The notes below the pieces were generated by a model, which was given only the letters and a program-made list of their open reading frames with translations, was not told the origin of the DNA and made no database searches. Source: Octopus vulgaris (lineage: Eukaryota). Taken from it: a DNA stretch of 64,000 nucleotides. This document shows positions 11,433 to 24,673 of the stretch, piece by piece (positions within the stretch are counted from its first letter, which is position 1; each line of letters starts with the position of its first letter). The stretch spans positions 64,170,001 through 64,234,000 of the forward strand of contig OX597816.1 in the NCBI GenBank assembly GCA_951406725.2, read 5' to 3'. A program made the translations under genes and the position numbers.

Positions 11433-13334
11433 ATATAAGCATACATGCGTATGTATGCATTTACTTATATATATGTATGTGTGTGAAGAAGAAATCTCAC
11501 ACACTGCGTAGGTAATGGATTGGTAGTTTACTTTGACACAAAGTATTACAGTATTTCTTTCTTTATTTTATTTTCTTCTGGTTATTCAAATTCTGGGTTC
11601 AAATCTCATAGAGGTACATTATTTTAATGGTCATGCATCTGCTATTAATAAAATAAAATAAAATAAAATGTATCAATTCCACAACCGTCGACATCAAAAC
11701 ATGCGCAGGCTTGTGCCTGTCTTAGACAGTTTTAAATGAACTCGTATAACAACATACAGCGTAATGTACATTTTTTTATTGTAAGCTTTCCGAACATACA
11801 CGAAGAATCCTGATATATTAATAGCGATTATTTTAATATACTATACAACGAATTTACTAACATGATTTATTATTTTAGTATCCTCTGACGTTGATAAGGG
11901 TAAATGTAGATATAGTCGGAGGTTGCATATTACATATTCAACTGATGTTTCTGTTGGTGTACCATTCCTAAAATCAGATTTTCTATCGCTTCTGATCTTG
12001 ACATATCCAGCTGTTATGAACAGGACAGAAACTTCGGAGCAACGCACTATGAAATCTTTGTGGAATATATTAACTAAGCCTCTTTATTCTTTAAAAAAAT
12101 ATTTGAGTGTGTAAATATATAAAATGTACATATATAGATAAAACAAGAAGAAGATAGAGAAGAATATATATGTAATATAGATGTAGCCTGCTGAATGCTA
12201 TTCTTTTTTCTATGTTGTTTATTTTCTTAGAAAAAAATAATGACACTGTTTGTTACTACTTTGGTTTATTTTTTTTTCATATTCTTTGTACCTAATGACC
12301 TTTTGATACTATGACGACGTATCTTTTAGAAATAGCTGAAAACTTGAAAAGGCTGCAATCAATATTTTGTGAAGAAAATGTCAAAGTGTGCTGCATAAAA
12401 GTTATTTTTTTATACTTATTAGAAACAAACATAGCATGGAAAAACAGTTCTAACAAGCAACGAAACAACAAAAGCATAAAAAAAACATAGTTGTTTTGTA
12501 ATTTTGTAATCCCTACAACATTTTTCAGTTTATTTCTCTCAGAAAATCATTTATTAGTATCTGAAATAATTATAATTTTTCACCACAACTATACTTATTC
12601 GTAATCTGTAAAGGTTTCCGAGAATGACATTTTTCAAACATAAAAAAAAAAACCCCAAAGAATAATGAATTCAACACATTAGGAGATAAGCGTGAACAGA
12701 GGCACAGAATAAAATGCAAATATATAACACTACATTAATATGGCATCAATATTTGTGAGATGTATAGTAATCAGAAAACATTGAAAAGACTAAAGAGAGA
12801 TATTCGTGTGAAACTAAAAATAATAGGGAAAGAAAATGTAAAATCCAAATAAGAAAATTGATATCTACTTAAATAAATATAAAAACAAATATAGCGTAAA
12901 TATTTCTGTACTATTCATATACAATTTGAAATTCTGAAAGGTAGATACTAGAATGAAGTGTACGCTACGATAAGCCTTGTAAAAATTACCCGATTTTTGT
13001 ATCAAGATGTTCAATGCATACTTATTGAAATGGTTTTGTGAAGAAAAATGTTTGTGAAAGTATGCACTTATATAAACGACAGGCGTATATACACAGCCGA
13101 TAATCATACAGTGATTATAAACTGCACATTATTGGATACCAGAATTTTGCATTTACCATTTACATATATCCATATACGTTCCAATCAGTGTGAATCAATA
13201 CTGCATCAAAATCCCGACATGAATTCCAACTGGAACATATGTCTACATATTTTCGTTATATTCGGATAACGCATCGCCAAAACACATACCGCATACATAC
13301 ATACACACACGTACATATACATGTGTGTGTATAT

Positions 13335-14560
13335 CATTATTCAGTTTTATTTCAAGATTTCTTGCCAATAGAGAAAGAGTCGGGTTCCAACCCAGATACA
13401 AGGCTCATTCTTTGGAATTTCAACATCTACACACACATGGTATTTTTGTGCGTATGTATATAGATATGTATACATGCATGCATCTATGTATGCATTTATA
13501 TATGTATATATATGTACAAATTTTTATGTTTAGTGTTTATGCATGTCTTCTCATGCATATACATGTATGAATGTATGTTTCATGTATGTATTCTCATGAA
13601 TATAATTACATATCTAGACAAGCTCAGATATACTTAAATGATAAACGTCAGGAAAGTTTTACAGATATTTTACAGTTCCAGTGATGGCTTCTATCTGTAG
13701 TCTTTGAATCAGCTTTCTCCTTTCTGGTTTGAGAAGCCTAATTTCTGAAGATTGGTATTTAGGCAGTGTGTTACATATACCAAGGCCTCAAGAATTACAG
13801 GTATAAAACTGAACTTGTTATACAGTTACTGCATACTTCTCAATAGTTTAACGTAAGTATTCTCTTTTTCACTCATCTTCAGCCGGACAGCTGTTTTCCT
13901 AAACAGTACACAGTATAAATGGGTTCTGGTGCGTGGTGAAATAGACAAATTGCGTGAGTAAGGGACAAATTGCGCCAATACCTACCAATCAGAGTAGTGG
14001 ACACAACGGGGTCCAAATAGCAGCCAAAGGCTAGCAGTTATCTGCTACGTTAGAATGTACGTATATATATAATAAAGAGAAGAGGGGAATTGCACTCAAG
14101 TGTATGCTACAACAGTTTCTCTTCTCTATCTCAAAGCATTATATCATATCTAGTGTGCGTTCATTTTAAAGAGGTTTTCACTAGGACATTCCACCAGTAC
14201 TCCTTATTATGGATGGCTATGGCTTCCGCCACACTGTGGGTTCTTATTTCTTATTCTTTCGACGGATCTCTTTATACAGTGCCCTGGATTATTATGTCTC
14301 ATCGGTAGATAACACCGTGATGACATTTTCGGACAAATACTTATGATGTGGATGGTATCTTTGGTATTAACGCCACAGAGTCTGCATCGGTTGTCACATT
14401 TGTATGTATGTATACGTCGCCGAATGGTTCAGAACCAAGTGCACAGAAACAGATGCCACTGTAGTACCTGTTTTCAAGTGCTTTTGTTTTCAATAACCTG
14501 TTTCTGCTGCTACCATGAGAGTAGAATTACTTCCTCGAAACCACAAACACCATATTGAAA
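13335..14560 (-). mobile_element. R4/Dong-type non-LTR retrotransposon 3' portion (CCHC knuckle + RLE), with a ~200-bp insertion at ~13895-14100
   Basis: Minus strand reads CDNRCRLCGVNTKDTIHIISICPKMSSRCYLPMRHN; EYWWNVLVKT..RYDIML*DREEK; SCPA..EKENTY..FIPVILEALVYV..LQIEAITGTVK.CKTFL. The 3' UTR ends aataaaactgaataat. Confidence 0.8.
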
Positions 14561-14715
14561 TCGATCGAAAAGATTTTAGCCCTATTTAAGAGGTAAGGCT
14601 TGATCATACATGAGCAAGGCTGTTTATTCAAAAGCACTGCTTTAAGCACGCGCGTCATTATTGAATACAGAGTCAGCAAATGGATTAAACTATTCTGGTA
14701 GTTGAAAACTAAGTC

Positions 14716-14837
<122 letters not shown>

Positions 14838-14859
14838 ATATATAAACATACACTCACAC

Positions 14860-14940
<81 letters not shown>

Positions 14941-15209
14941 TATGTGTGCGTGTGTGTGTCGGTAGCTCAATCGTTATATGGAGAGATACTGAGCGAATTT
15001 GAAGGTATATATATATATATATAGTGTCAAACTAACACCAGAACTTGAAGCAGTCCAGCGCTACTCCACTAAAAAGACTGAAACAGTGCAGTAGATAAGC
15101 TTCAGGGAAAGGCTGAAAACTGCAAATTTACTCCCTGGAGCGAAAGCCCAACAGATATGTAATGATCTAAATTTATAAAATTCTAGAAATGCTAGTATTT
15201 AATTTCGTC

Positions 15210-15287
15210 ATTGAGTGTTATACAATGTACGCCATTGTATTGCACCAAATTGAGTGTTATACAATGGACGCCATTGTATTGCACCAA
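15210..15287. repeat. 39-bp tandem duplication, each unit containing a hairpin
   Basis: attgagtgttatacaatg(t/g)acgccattgtattgcaccaa x2, with an atacaatg/cattgtat stem. Confidence 0.9.
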
Positions 15288-15760
15288 AGGTATCCTCCGC
15301 TCTATATACATTTATGACAAGGTACTGCAGTAGCCTAAGGTACGAAACCATTTCAATAAGTATGCATTGAACTTTTCAATGCCTTGCCAAAAAAATTAAG
15401 AAATCTGCATAGGAGGTATTATATATCTTCAAAAAAATATTAAAAACATAGACATCCTGCTTTCCACAACACTGGACATGATGGGCATGAAATCTGAGCA
15501 GCAGAAAGAAATTCCCTTTAACACCAAATGGGTGTTTAAGGACAAAGGCATATAGCGGAGTGGCGATGTGAAACACCCCAGACTGAGGAAAGCAGCGTAA
15601 ATACGGTGGCGTTCCAGCCAGATAGCATCCGCATGGCTGAAACGAGTGAAAACATAAAAGAATAAAAGAATATATATGCGTGTGTGTGTGTGTGTTTGTG
15701 TGTATGTTTGTATATCTGTCTGTGTGTATATGTTTGAGTAAGTGTGTAAATATATATATG

Positions 15761-15920
<160 letters not shown>

Positions 15921-16000
15921 GGTGTAAACACATAAATGTGAATCAATGTGGAAAAAAGAGTACTCAAATACCAGTGGTAGAGTATTATGCTTTAAATAAA

Positions 16001-16068
<68 letters not shown>

Positions 16069-16979
16069 CAGGAAAATCATACGAGAGACCTCTGTCCCGT
16101 GTTAAGATTTAGTGAAAATATTTCTCCGTAACAAAATGTGAATGACTCTCTTGCGAGTTCGAATATGCTTGAAGCATATACGAGACATATAGACATACAG
16201 GAACATATGTATACATACACATTTATTTATATATCTGTATACGAGTATGTGTTTTGCCTGTGTGTCTGTGTGAGTGTGTGCACTTATGCATGTGCATAAA
16301 TAGTAAACTTACTGATTTCCTCCTTCAATGACATTTTCCCATGCACATTTCTTTCAGCATTTCTTGCATATAGATTAAAGAACCAGTAAATATCTTCAAA
16401 GACATTAATTCTATCAAGATTTCGAATGCCATTGACTCACTTCTAAGATTTAAGCCCTAGCTGCAATTGATTTCTTTAGTACAAATCGTCTTTCATACTG
16501 TATATATTAAAAATGAAATCGCTACATATCATACCAGATCACGTATTATTTGCCCGATTAACTTACAGGTTGTGCTTGATATCAGTAGGTTTCCAACAAA
16601 GATTTCTTCTTATTCAAATCTTTATAGCACCTTTTTTTTTTCAATTTCCAGCATGATAAGAATAGCCTCTATTTTGTTTATCTTTGTTCAGGCATTTGAA
16701 ACTATGGAGATTTTATAGAAAGGGGGTTATTTTTCAGTCTGTATATTTCTCCATATTTCTGAAACGTGTGCACTTGTTCTAACATGTAGAAAATCATTAA
16801 TGGTCGGCTACATGCATGACCTGACACAATACACACACGCACACACACACAGAAAGGCTTTCATGCTTACATAATACCACATAATATAATTCGTATATAT
16901 CTATACATACATACATACTTATGTGTATTTCTTGTGTGCATAAATATACATATATATACATACACACACACACACATAC

Positions 16980-17021
<42 letters not shown>

Positions 17022-17063
17022 TTACATACATACCTACATATATATTCATATATACCTATATAT

Positions 17064-17107
<44 letters not shown>

Positions 17108-17574
17108 ATTTCCATTAATTTTGTTTATATTATAACATGATGTAATATTCTTCACCATTCAGTAATAGGAAGAAGTGCAAAATATATGAAGAGTGCTGAG
17201 ACATTTGTAGGGAAAATGGAAATGAATTTACCACAACATTGAGACCCCGATTGAATACTTGCGACAGAATAAAGAGCGCAGATGGGAAAACAAGCAACTT
17301 TGTTGTGTTGTTAAAACTCGTGATAAGATAAAAAAAATATTAACCGACTTTCTGGTTGTTTTCTACAGAGGTCCTGGCAATCAAATTTCAATCAGGACTT
17401 TTCATTTGAATATGGTCATATGGTCATTGGATTAATGTAATTTGTTGTGAAATCGGATAGGAAATCACGTGCGTGTGAGGCAACCATTTCAAAAAAAGAA
17501 AAAATACACATCATTGGTGATTGAAAGTTAGAAAGACACAGTAAAATACGGATTACTGCACTGTATGTGCATAC

Positions 17575-17831
17575 ACGCAGCAAGTTTAGATGGGCTGGAC
17601 GCGTCATCCGGCTCACCGATAATCGGTGGACCCACGCAGTTGTCGAGTGGTACCCGCGCGAGCGGAAACGACCACCCGGAAGGCCTCCACGACGGTGGAG
17701 TTACGATTTCAGGAGCAGGATAGGGATCACATGGATGAGAAAGGCGCGATCCAGAGAGGAGTGGACAGCGTGCTGTGACCAGCGGTGTCAAATGGACGCC
17801 CGATGGACTGGTCGGTTAAGGTCAATGTGAA
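17575..17831 (+). mobile_element. 5'-truncated RTE-clade LINE with an 8-bp TSD
   Basis: KFRWAGRVIRLTDNRWTHAVVEWYPRERKRPPGRPPRRW..W...A.SREEW. GC-rich island flanked by gtgcatac at 17567-17574 and 17832-17839. Confidence 0.85.
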
Positions 17832-18659
17832 GTGCATACCAGGATATAAAGGATATCACAGTATCAAAATAGATTTTGTTTGAATAATCGTTATATCAAG
17901 AGGACACCGGTTAAGACACGCAGGTTCCAGGAGGCGGAAGGGAAATTACTTAGTATCGAACAACTTTTGTGTGACTCCAAACAGTAGACTCTTCACTTAT
18001 GAACACCAGCTCCAATATGTTTCACCTTGCGTAACAAGCAAAACTGAAAAAGTATTTTATCGAAAATATCCTTTCGCCTATAATATAATATGATTGCATA
18101 GCATTAGGTAAGGTTGAAATTATTGTTTGTTTGCTTTCATAACAATTTCCAATTTAAATATTGAACCTGAGGGAATTCACACGAACATATTTATAACTTA
18201 AAAAACTCACATCTCTGACATGAAATTTCCATTTTCTGGAAGAAAATAAACAAGAAGAAGAAAAAAAAGAAAGACAGAAGTTACTAAAATAAATATATAT
18301 GTTTAGATTTAGCTAAATTCACATAAACAACAATCTTAAACACAGAGACATATAAATACACATGCTTACAGGCACTTAAACACACACACACACACAAATA
18401 TATAACGATATAAACGAACGCAGTTTTGTCTAAGGACAATGCAATTTCTATTCAAACAAATTAGAATTACTGCAAAGTAAAAAAAACAAATATTTCCTAC
18501 AATACACTTGCTAGAATTCATATGATAACATATTCATAGTTTGAGGCTTCCTCAATGGTATTGGGAACTTGTATTAATGTAAGAAAAAAAAAGAAAACAG
18601 AAAAAAACAGATGCAAATTGACGAAAAACTTACTTTCAAGGTTATAACTTGTATTAATG

Positions 18660-18724
18660 CATCATTTGTGATGTTATTTCTTTTCGCCTGAACTTTGAAT
18701 ATGTGGCGTAACAATACGTATGAG

Positions 18725-18774
<50 letters not shown>

Positions 18775-19520
18775 ATGTATGTATGTATGTATGTATGTAT
18801 GTATGTATGTATGTATGTATGTATGTATGTATGTATGTATGTATGAGTGTGTGTTTATGAATGTATATACATACCTATTTATGTTTATACATATATATAT
18901 TTATGTATGTATATTTATATATATATATATATACTTGTATATGTGTGCGCGTATATATATGTGTATATATGTATATGTGTATATATATGTATATATATAT
19001 GTGTGTGTGAGTATATGTGTGCATATACATATATATATGTGTGTGTGTATATATATATATATGTATATATATGTATGCATATATGTATATGTATGCGCGT
19101 TTGTGTGCATGAGTGTGTGTGTATCTTAGGTAAAACAAACGAACGAAAAACCAAATATATAGTAGATAAAAAGGAAAAATGGAGAAGAAAATTGGAAAAT
19201 AAATGATTTATTTCACAAGAATAAAAAAAAGTACATGAAAACGATTTGTCGGTGAAAAAGAGAAATTGAAAAAAAGCGGAGAAAATAGAGAAATTGAAAA
19301 GAGTGCGCAAGTGAAAAGAATGGAATGCACTCCCTTAGAGATTAATAAAACATATTTGGAATAGATGTGTATGAATGAAGAAGAGAAGTATTAAAATATA
19401 ATTAAACTAGAAGAAAAATATAAATGACAAGTATCAAAATAGGTTAGCGCAAAACAGGGTTTCGTAAACAAACGAAATAAATTTAACGGAAATAGGAAAT
19501 TAGGCAAGAAAATTGTATCA
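18660..19520. repeat. Unclassified dispersed repeat, with an inverted diverged copy at ~22410-22830
   Basis: For example ggagaagaaaattggaaaataaatgatttatttcacaag..tacatgaaaacgatttgtcgg matches the reverse complement of ~22655-22722. It is split by a microsatellite at 18727-19125. Confidence 0.65.
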
Positions 19521-19891
19521 AAAACACATCCATACACACTCTCAAAGTTTATAGATATATGTGTGTATGTGTGTGTATGTGTATGTGTGTGTATGTGTAT
19601 GTGTGTGTATGTGTATGTGTGTATTTCATCAGAAATACATGATACATACCCATACACTCGTGCACACGTACAATAACATATTCATATGTATAATGCTTAT
19701 GATATATATATATGTATATATATGCGTGTGTGTGTGTATGCGTGTGTGCGTGCGTGTGTGTCTGTGTGTGTGTGTGTGTGTGTGTATGTGTGTGTATAAA
19801 TACATAATTAAAAATTGCCACCACGTCTGTTTCTCACTATGTAGGTCATCATCATGCACAAATCTACAGTTTGAAACAATCACTGATACAT

Positions 19892-19935
<44 letters not shown>

Positions 19936-19936
<1 letters not shown>

Positions 19937-20100
19937 CGACGGGCTTCTTTCAGTTTCCGCCTACCAAATCCACTCACAAGGGTTTGGTCGGCCCTAGGCT
20001 ATAGTAAAAGACACCTCACCCCAAGGTTCCACCCTGTGGGATCGAACCCGGAAGCATGTGGTTGGAAAGAAAGCTTCTTACCACACAACCACACCTGCAC
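19936..20100 (-). mobile_element. SINE family A, 5' part
   Basis: acgacgggcttctttcagtttccgcctaccaaatccactcacaag..gaacccgga..ttaccacacaaccac. Confidence 0.8.
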
Positions 20101-20152
20101 CTCTCACTCTCTCTCTCTCTGGATAGATAGAGATAGATATAGAAGTAGATAA

Positions 20153-20217
<65 letters not shown>

Positions 20218-21182
20218 CAGACAGATAGATATGTATGTGTGTATGTATATGATTTACATTTTCTATCACGTTTTCTTATTCGTTTTCTATGTTGTACTTA
20301 ATGTGATACATTAGTATTTGAAATTCTGAAATGATAGGAGCGATGCATTGTTGTGCATCTTCTGTTCGGCTCTGAGGTATCATGCTCAATATGTAATAAG
20401 AGTGAACTTTATCATTACAGCTTGAAATAACACGTCACGGTTAGCTCCTGATACCATTCCTTGAGAATATTTCTTGTATCTTGTATCTATTTGTTGGATT
20501 ATTTTTAGTAGTTTGCTCTTTATAAAGCTGATATAGATAGACATAATTATGTAGAAGTTTCTCAGAGATTTGCAACCCCATATAACATTTCGAAAACAGA
20601 TATTTCCCACCTGTATATGTCTTAAAATGATCATCAAAATTCGAAAGGCATGCTGGTAGAATTGTTCGTATGCTGGAGAACATGCTTAGAAGAATTTCTT
20701 CTGATTTTGCTTTCTGAGTTGGAATTCTGCCAATTCAACTTTGCCGTTCATCTCTTTCGATGTCGATCAAATCAGTATCACTTATGCAATGCGGTCGATG
20801 TAATCGGCTATTTTCCTTTCACTTAAGTCTAAAGTAGAAAGGGCTTCTATTAAAATTCTAACTATGCATATACTGAGAGATACAACCTATGAAATATATA
20901 ATGAAAATTTCTCACCATTTAACTAATAAAAAATTCAACAATCAAGTGTTAATCACTTGTAATATTTTAATGTCATTTACATGAGCCTCCGCTGCTTACT
21001 GGACAACGCATCAAAATATAAGCAACAAATGCTACTTCACGCAGATTGCCAAGCCGAGGCCTTGAAAGATTAATGGCCACAGACTAAAAGAAAGTTCGAT
21101 TTGAGTGTATATCTGTATACGCATGCATATGCATATTTTATGCATTTATGTAGGTATGTGTATATATTTCATATATATATAT

Positions 21183-21269
<87 letters not shown>

Positions 21270-21349
21270 CAATTGTAAGACAACAAAATAATGAAAGAGA
21301 GCTCGATATTATGTAAAAAGAGGAATTTATCTCTAAATGTAGTATATAT

Positions 21350-21612
21350 AAGTAACAGAGATGTACAGATGTCAATTCATTACAGCCCTTTCAAGTCATT
21401 CATCTAATTGATTAATGAAAAAAATTACATCATTGCAAAGAAACCGTTTTCGTCAGATGACTGCATTGACTTCAAATTCAAAGGGCAGAGCAAACTGCTT
21501 TAACATATTCGTACCAACGGTTTCTTTGCAATGATGTAATGTTTTCATTAATAACATACAGGAGTCGCTTGAAACGGCTGTAATAGATTGACATTTTACA
21601 TCTTTTTACTCA
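21350..21612. repeat. Diverged inverted repeat (fold-back element)
   Basis: Arms ~21350-21448 and ~21516-21612. The core attacatcattgcaaagaaaccgtt / aacggtttctttgcaatgatgtaat is perfect. Confidence 0.8.
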
Positions 21613-21896
21613 TTTATATTTTATTCCCATACCCTGAAATCTGCGCTACAGAAATTTTATAGAAAGTACTTTTGTACTTTTATATAAAGTGCGTCTGAGC
21701 AAGCAAGAGCGGATGTCTTCACTAAGTTGGGTTATCTGCATACACAGTAAGAATATCAAGCGCAAACGCTTCTGAACAGAGTTTGATATTCACCTGATAT
21801 TGTTTGGGTGTGCAAAGTAGATTGACTTTCACAAAGTTGTCTCAATTTAAACACATAATTCAACCGAACCTTAATTTTATATATAACCGGTTTCTA

Positions 21897-22102
21897 ACCG
21901 GTTTCGCTTTCGCTATTCATGACATTAAAATTTGTTCAAATTCGTATTTTCCTAAGAAGAATTTTTGTGCATGTTGTGTGTGGAGTTCATAAACTTACAA
22001 CATGGACAAAAACACACACAACATGAACAAAAAATTCTTCTTAACAAAATACTAATTTAAATAAATTGTAATGTCATAAATAGATAGCGAAACGAAACCG
22101 GT
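21897..22102. repeat. Diverged inverted repeat with hammerhead-like 3' half remnants
   Basis: Arms ~21897-21981 and ~22013-22102. Both outer ends read gcgaaa(g)cGAAAccggT(C/T). Confidence 0.75.
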
Positions 22103-22231
22103 CACAAACACAATACAAGATATATTATGAAAAATATGTAAAATGTGTGCATTTTTCTTCTTTAATTTCTTATATATATTACAACTTACCACGTGGGGAT
22201 AATCGAAACTCCTCCCACTTTATATACTATA

Positions 22232-22287
<56 letters not shown>

Positions 22288-22948
22288 TATCAGCGTACAC
22301 GCTTGCACTTGAAAATACATGTGGATATATATATGGATATATGAATGAAAGACTATATCTATGCGCGTTTTCATGTACATATTTAGGCATAGATGCATGC
22401 ATTAGAAGCAATTCTTACCTCCTATATCCAATTTTCCTTAAAGATATTTTCCTTGTTTGAGAAATACCGTTTCTCAGCTGACGTATTTTCATACTTATAT
22501 ATTTGTTATACTTTAGTTATATTTTAATAACTCCATTCTCTATTGCCTCCTATTTATCAAACATTTTTTATGTTAGTACCTAAGGGACCATTTTTTTTCA
22601 ACCTTTTCTCTCTCAAATTGCTTTGAATTTCCTTTTCCTCACTACAGCTTTTCTCCGACAAATAGTTTTCATGTATTTTCTTCTGATGATATAAATCATT
22701 TATTTTCTAATATTCTTCTCCATCTTTCTCCTATTTATCATTCGTTTCATTTCAGTAATACTTATGTTCCTTTCGTTTTGTTACACCATACATTCAAAGA
22801 CCGCGAAAGGAAATATTCCTTACGTGTAGCTAGATTCCTTATGGTATATATGCAACAATAAAATGCATTAAACACGATACTATAGTAATCAACTATTCTC
22901 AAGTATATAGAGCTATACATATATAATACATATATATATATATATGTG

Positions 22949-23017
<69 letters not shown>

Positions 23018-23047
23018 GCGAGAATGAAGCAACAAGAATGGATAGGT

Positions 23048-23138
23048 TTTTAGTACAATCGTTTCATACAAGGACAGGTTTTATTAAAAGTTGCAAAAAT
23101 TACAGCATATAAACGTGTCCCGTACTCATCAGCTAAAA
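23048..23138 (-). ncRNA. Type I hammerhead ribozyme (mirror copy of 24064-24154)
   Basis: Reverse complement of the plus-strand motif, inside the left arm. Confidence 0.7.
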
Positions 23139-24063
23139 TACATGTGAGTTCTCTAGACATCCTAGTGGTTGAGGCTATACTCATGAAGTAATGTAGATAA
23201 TTAAGTAACATAAACAGATTTCAAAAGTTCATTAAAGTTCTTTAAAAATGATGTACAGTCTTATCACAGAATTTTAAAAAAGTCTTAATAGCATCACAGA
23301 GAAGGTGACCTAATCCATAGTGCACATATGAATTTCCAGAGATATGGAAATTCTCTTTTTTTCTCTTTTTTTCCCCTTCCTTCCCTATTTCTTTCTCTTT
23401 TCTCTTTTTTCTTTTTCTTCTTCTTATTCTCTCTTTTTCCTTTTCTCTTCTCTTTGAGTCCCCCTTCCCCCCCTTTTTTGCTCCCTCCTCTTTTATTTTC
23501 TCTCTTTTCTTCTATGCCCTTCCCTTTTCTATTCTATACAGCTCTAGTAAGCCCTTCAGCCTTTAAAAGTTAAATAGCTACAGCCTCTTGTAAATAGCAG
23601 TAGTGTGATTAATGTGGCAAATACCTAATCATATAGCAAGAATTGATACCTACCTCATTGTGTTCAACCATTGATAAATTTATCGCCTGTGAATATGAAA
23701 TTCCTTGGAAATTTACACCTACACCATTGGAAATTGTGCATCTATACAAAGGATTAATTCACCCTCTCTGTAATGCTAATAAGCAGGAATTGAAACCCAC
23801 CTCGTTGTAATTAACAATGGATAAATTTGTCTTCTGTGAGTATGTAATCCCTCATCATATCTCTGGAAATTCATATGTGCACTATGGATTAGGTCACCTT
23901 CTCTGTGATGCTATTAAGACTTTTTTAAAATTCTGTGATAAGACTGTACATCATTTTTAAAGAACTTTAATGAACTTTTGAAATCTGTTTATGTTACTTA
24001 ATTATCTACATTACTTCATGAGTATAGCCTCAACCACTAGGATGTCTAGAGAACTCACATGTA

Positions 24064-24154
24064 TTTTAGCTGATGAGTACGGGACACGTTTATATGCTGT
24101 AATTTTTGCAACTTTTAATAAAACCTGTCCTTGTATGAAACGATTGTACTAAAA
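24064..24154 (+). ncRNA. Type I hammerhead ribozyme with an extended stem-loop II
   Basis: ttttag-CTGATGA-gtacgggaca..tgtccttgtat-GAAA-cgattg-TA-ctaaaa. 6-bp stem I, GUA site (predicted cut after 24148). Confidence 0.75.
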
Positions 24155-24301
24155 ACCTATCCATTCTTGTTGCTTCATTCTCGCTTATAATCACCCCACA
24201 TTACTGTATTGTTAAATCAGTATAGTTTTTTTTGGTGCATCTAAGTTAGGTACCATATTCAAGTAAATTCATTTAAATTAACTTGAATCTTTATTGCTTT
24301 T

Positions 24302-24345
<44 letters not shown>

Positions 24346-24375
24346 TATGTATATATATATACATACCTATACCTA

Positions 24376-24673
24376 ACGTTCTCAAATAATCTTTGTACAT
24401 GTGATATTTTGTTGTGTTCCCTCCATATCTACGTGAATTATTTTTGAGTAAGCACTTTCAGGGAGATTCTTCTTAAAGTAGTAGAAATGGTTAAAGAAAA
24501 TTTTTTTCGGCTGCTATTTCTAGAAATTTCAGTATGTGGCAAAGTAAATTATTTTACTGAACCCTTAATTATATAAAGTAATATTTTGAATACGCCTTAA
24601 ATGGTCCTTTTACATACTGAACACTACTTGGTGAAATTAATTAATAACTAATTGATTTTATCCTTAATTATTG
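24376..24673 (+). mobile_element. PLE-type 3' tail fragment in (TA)n, homologous to 31150-31335
   Basis: Shares ggct(g/t)ctatttcta..tgtgg(c/t)aaagtaaattattttact..tataaagtaatatttt with the hammerhead element at 31104. Confidence 0.6.

Larger units (their letters stand above)
23018..24302 (+). mobile_element. Young PLE-type fold-back insertion in (TA)n with 329-bp inverted arms
   Basis: 23018-23346 is the reverse complement of 23856-24184, with no mismatch seen on spot checks. There is an extra 3' tail to 24302 and (TA)n on both sides. Confidence 0.85.

Noticed and set aside
15583-15645. CTGAGGA...GAAA hammerhead-like motif
   Set aside because: There is no stem I and no NUH triplet. The GAAA belongs to a SINE-type tail.
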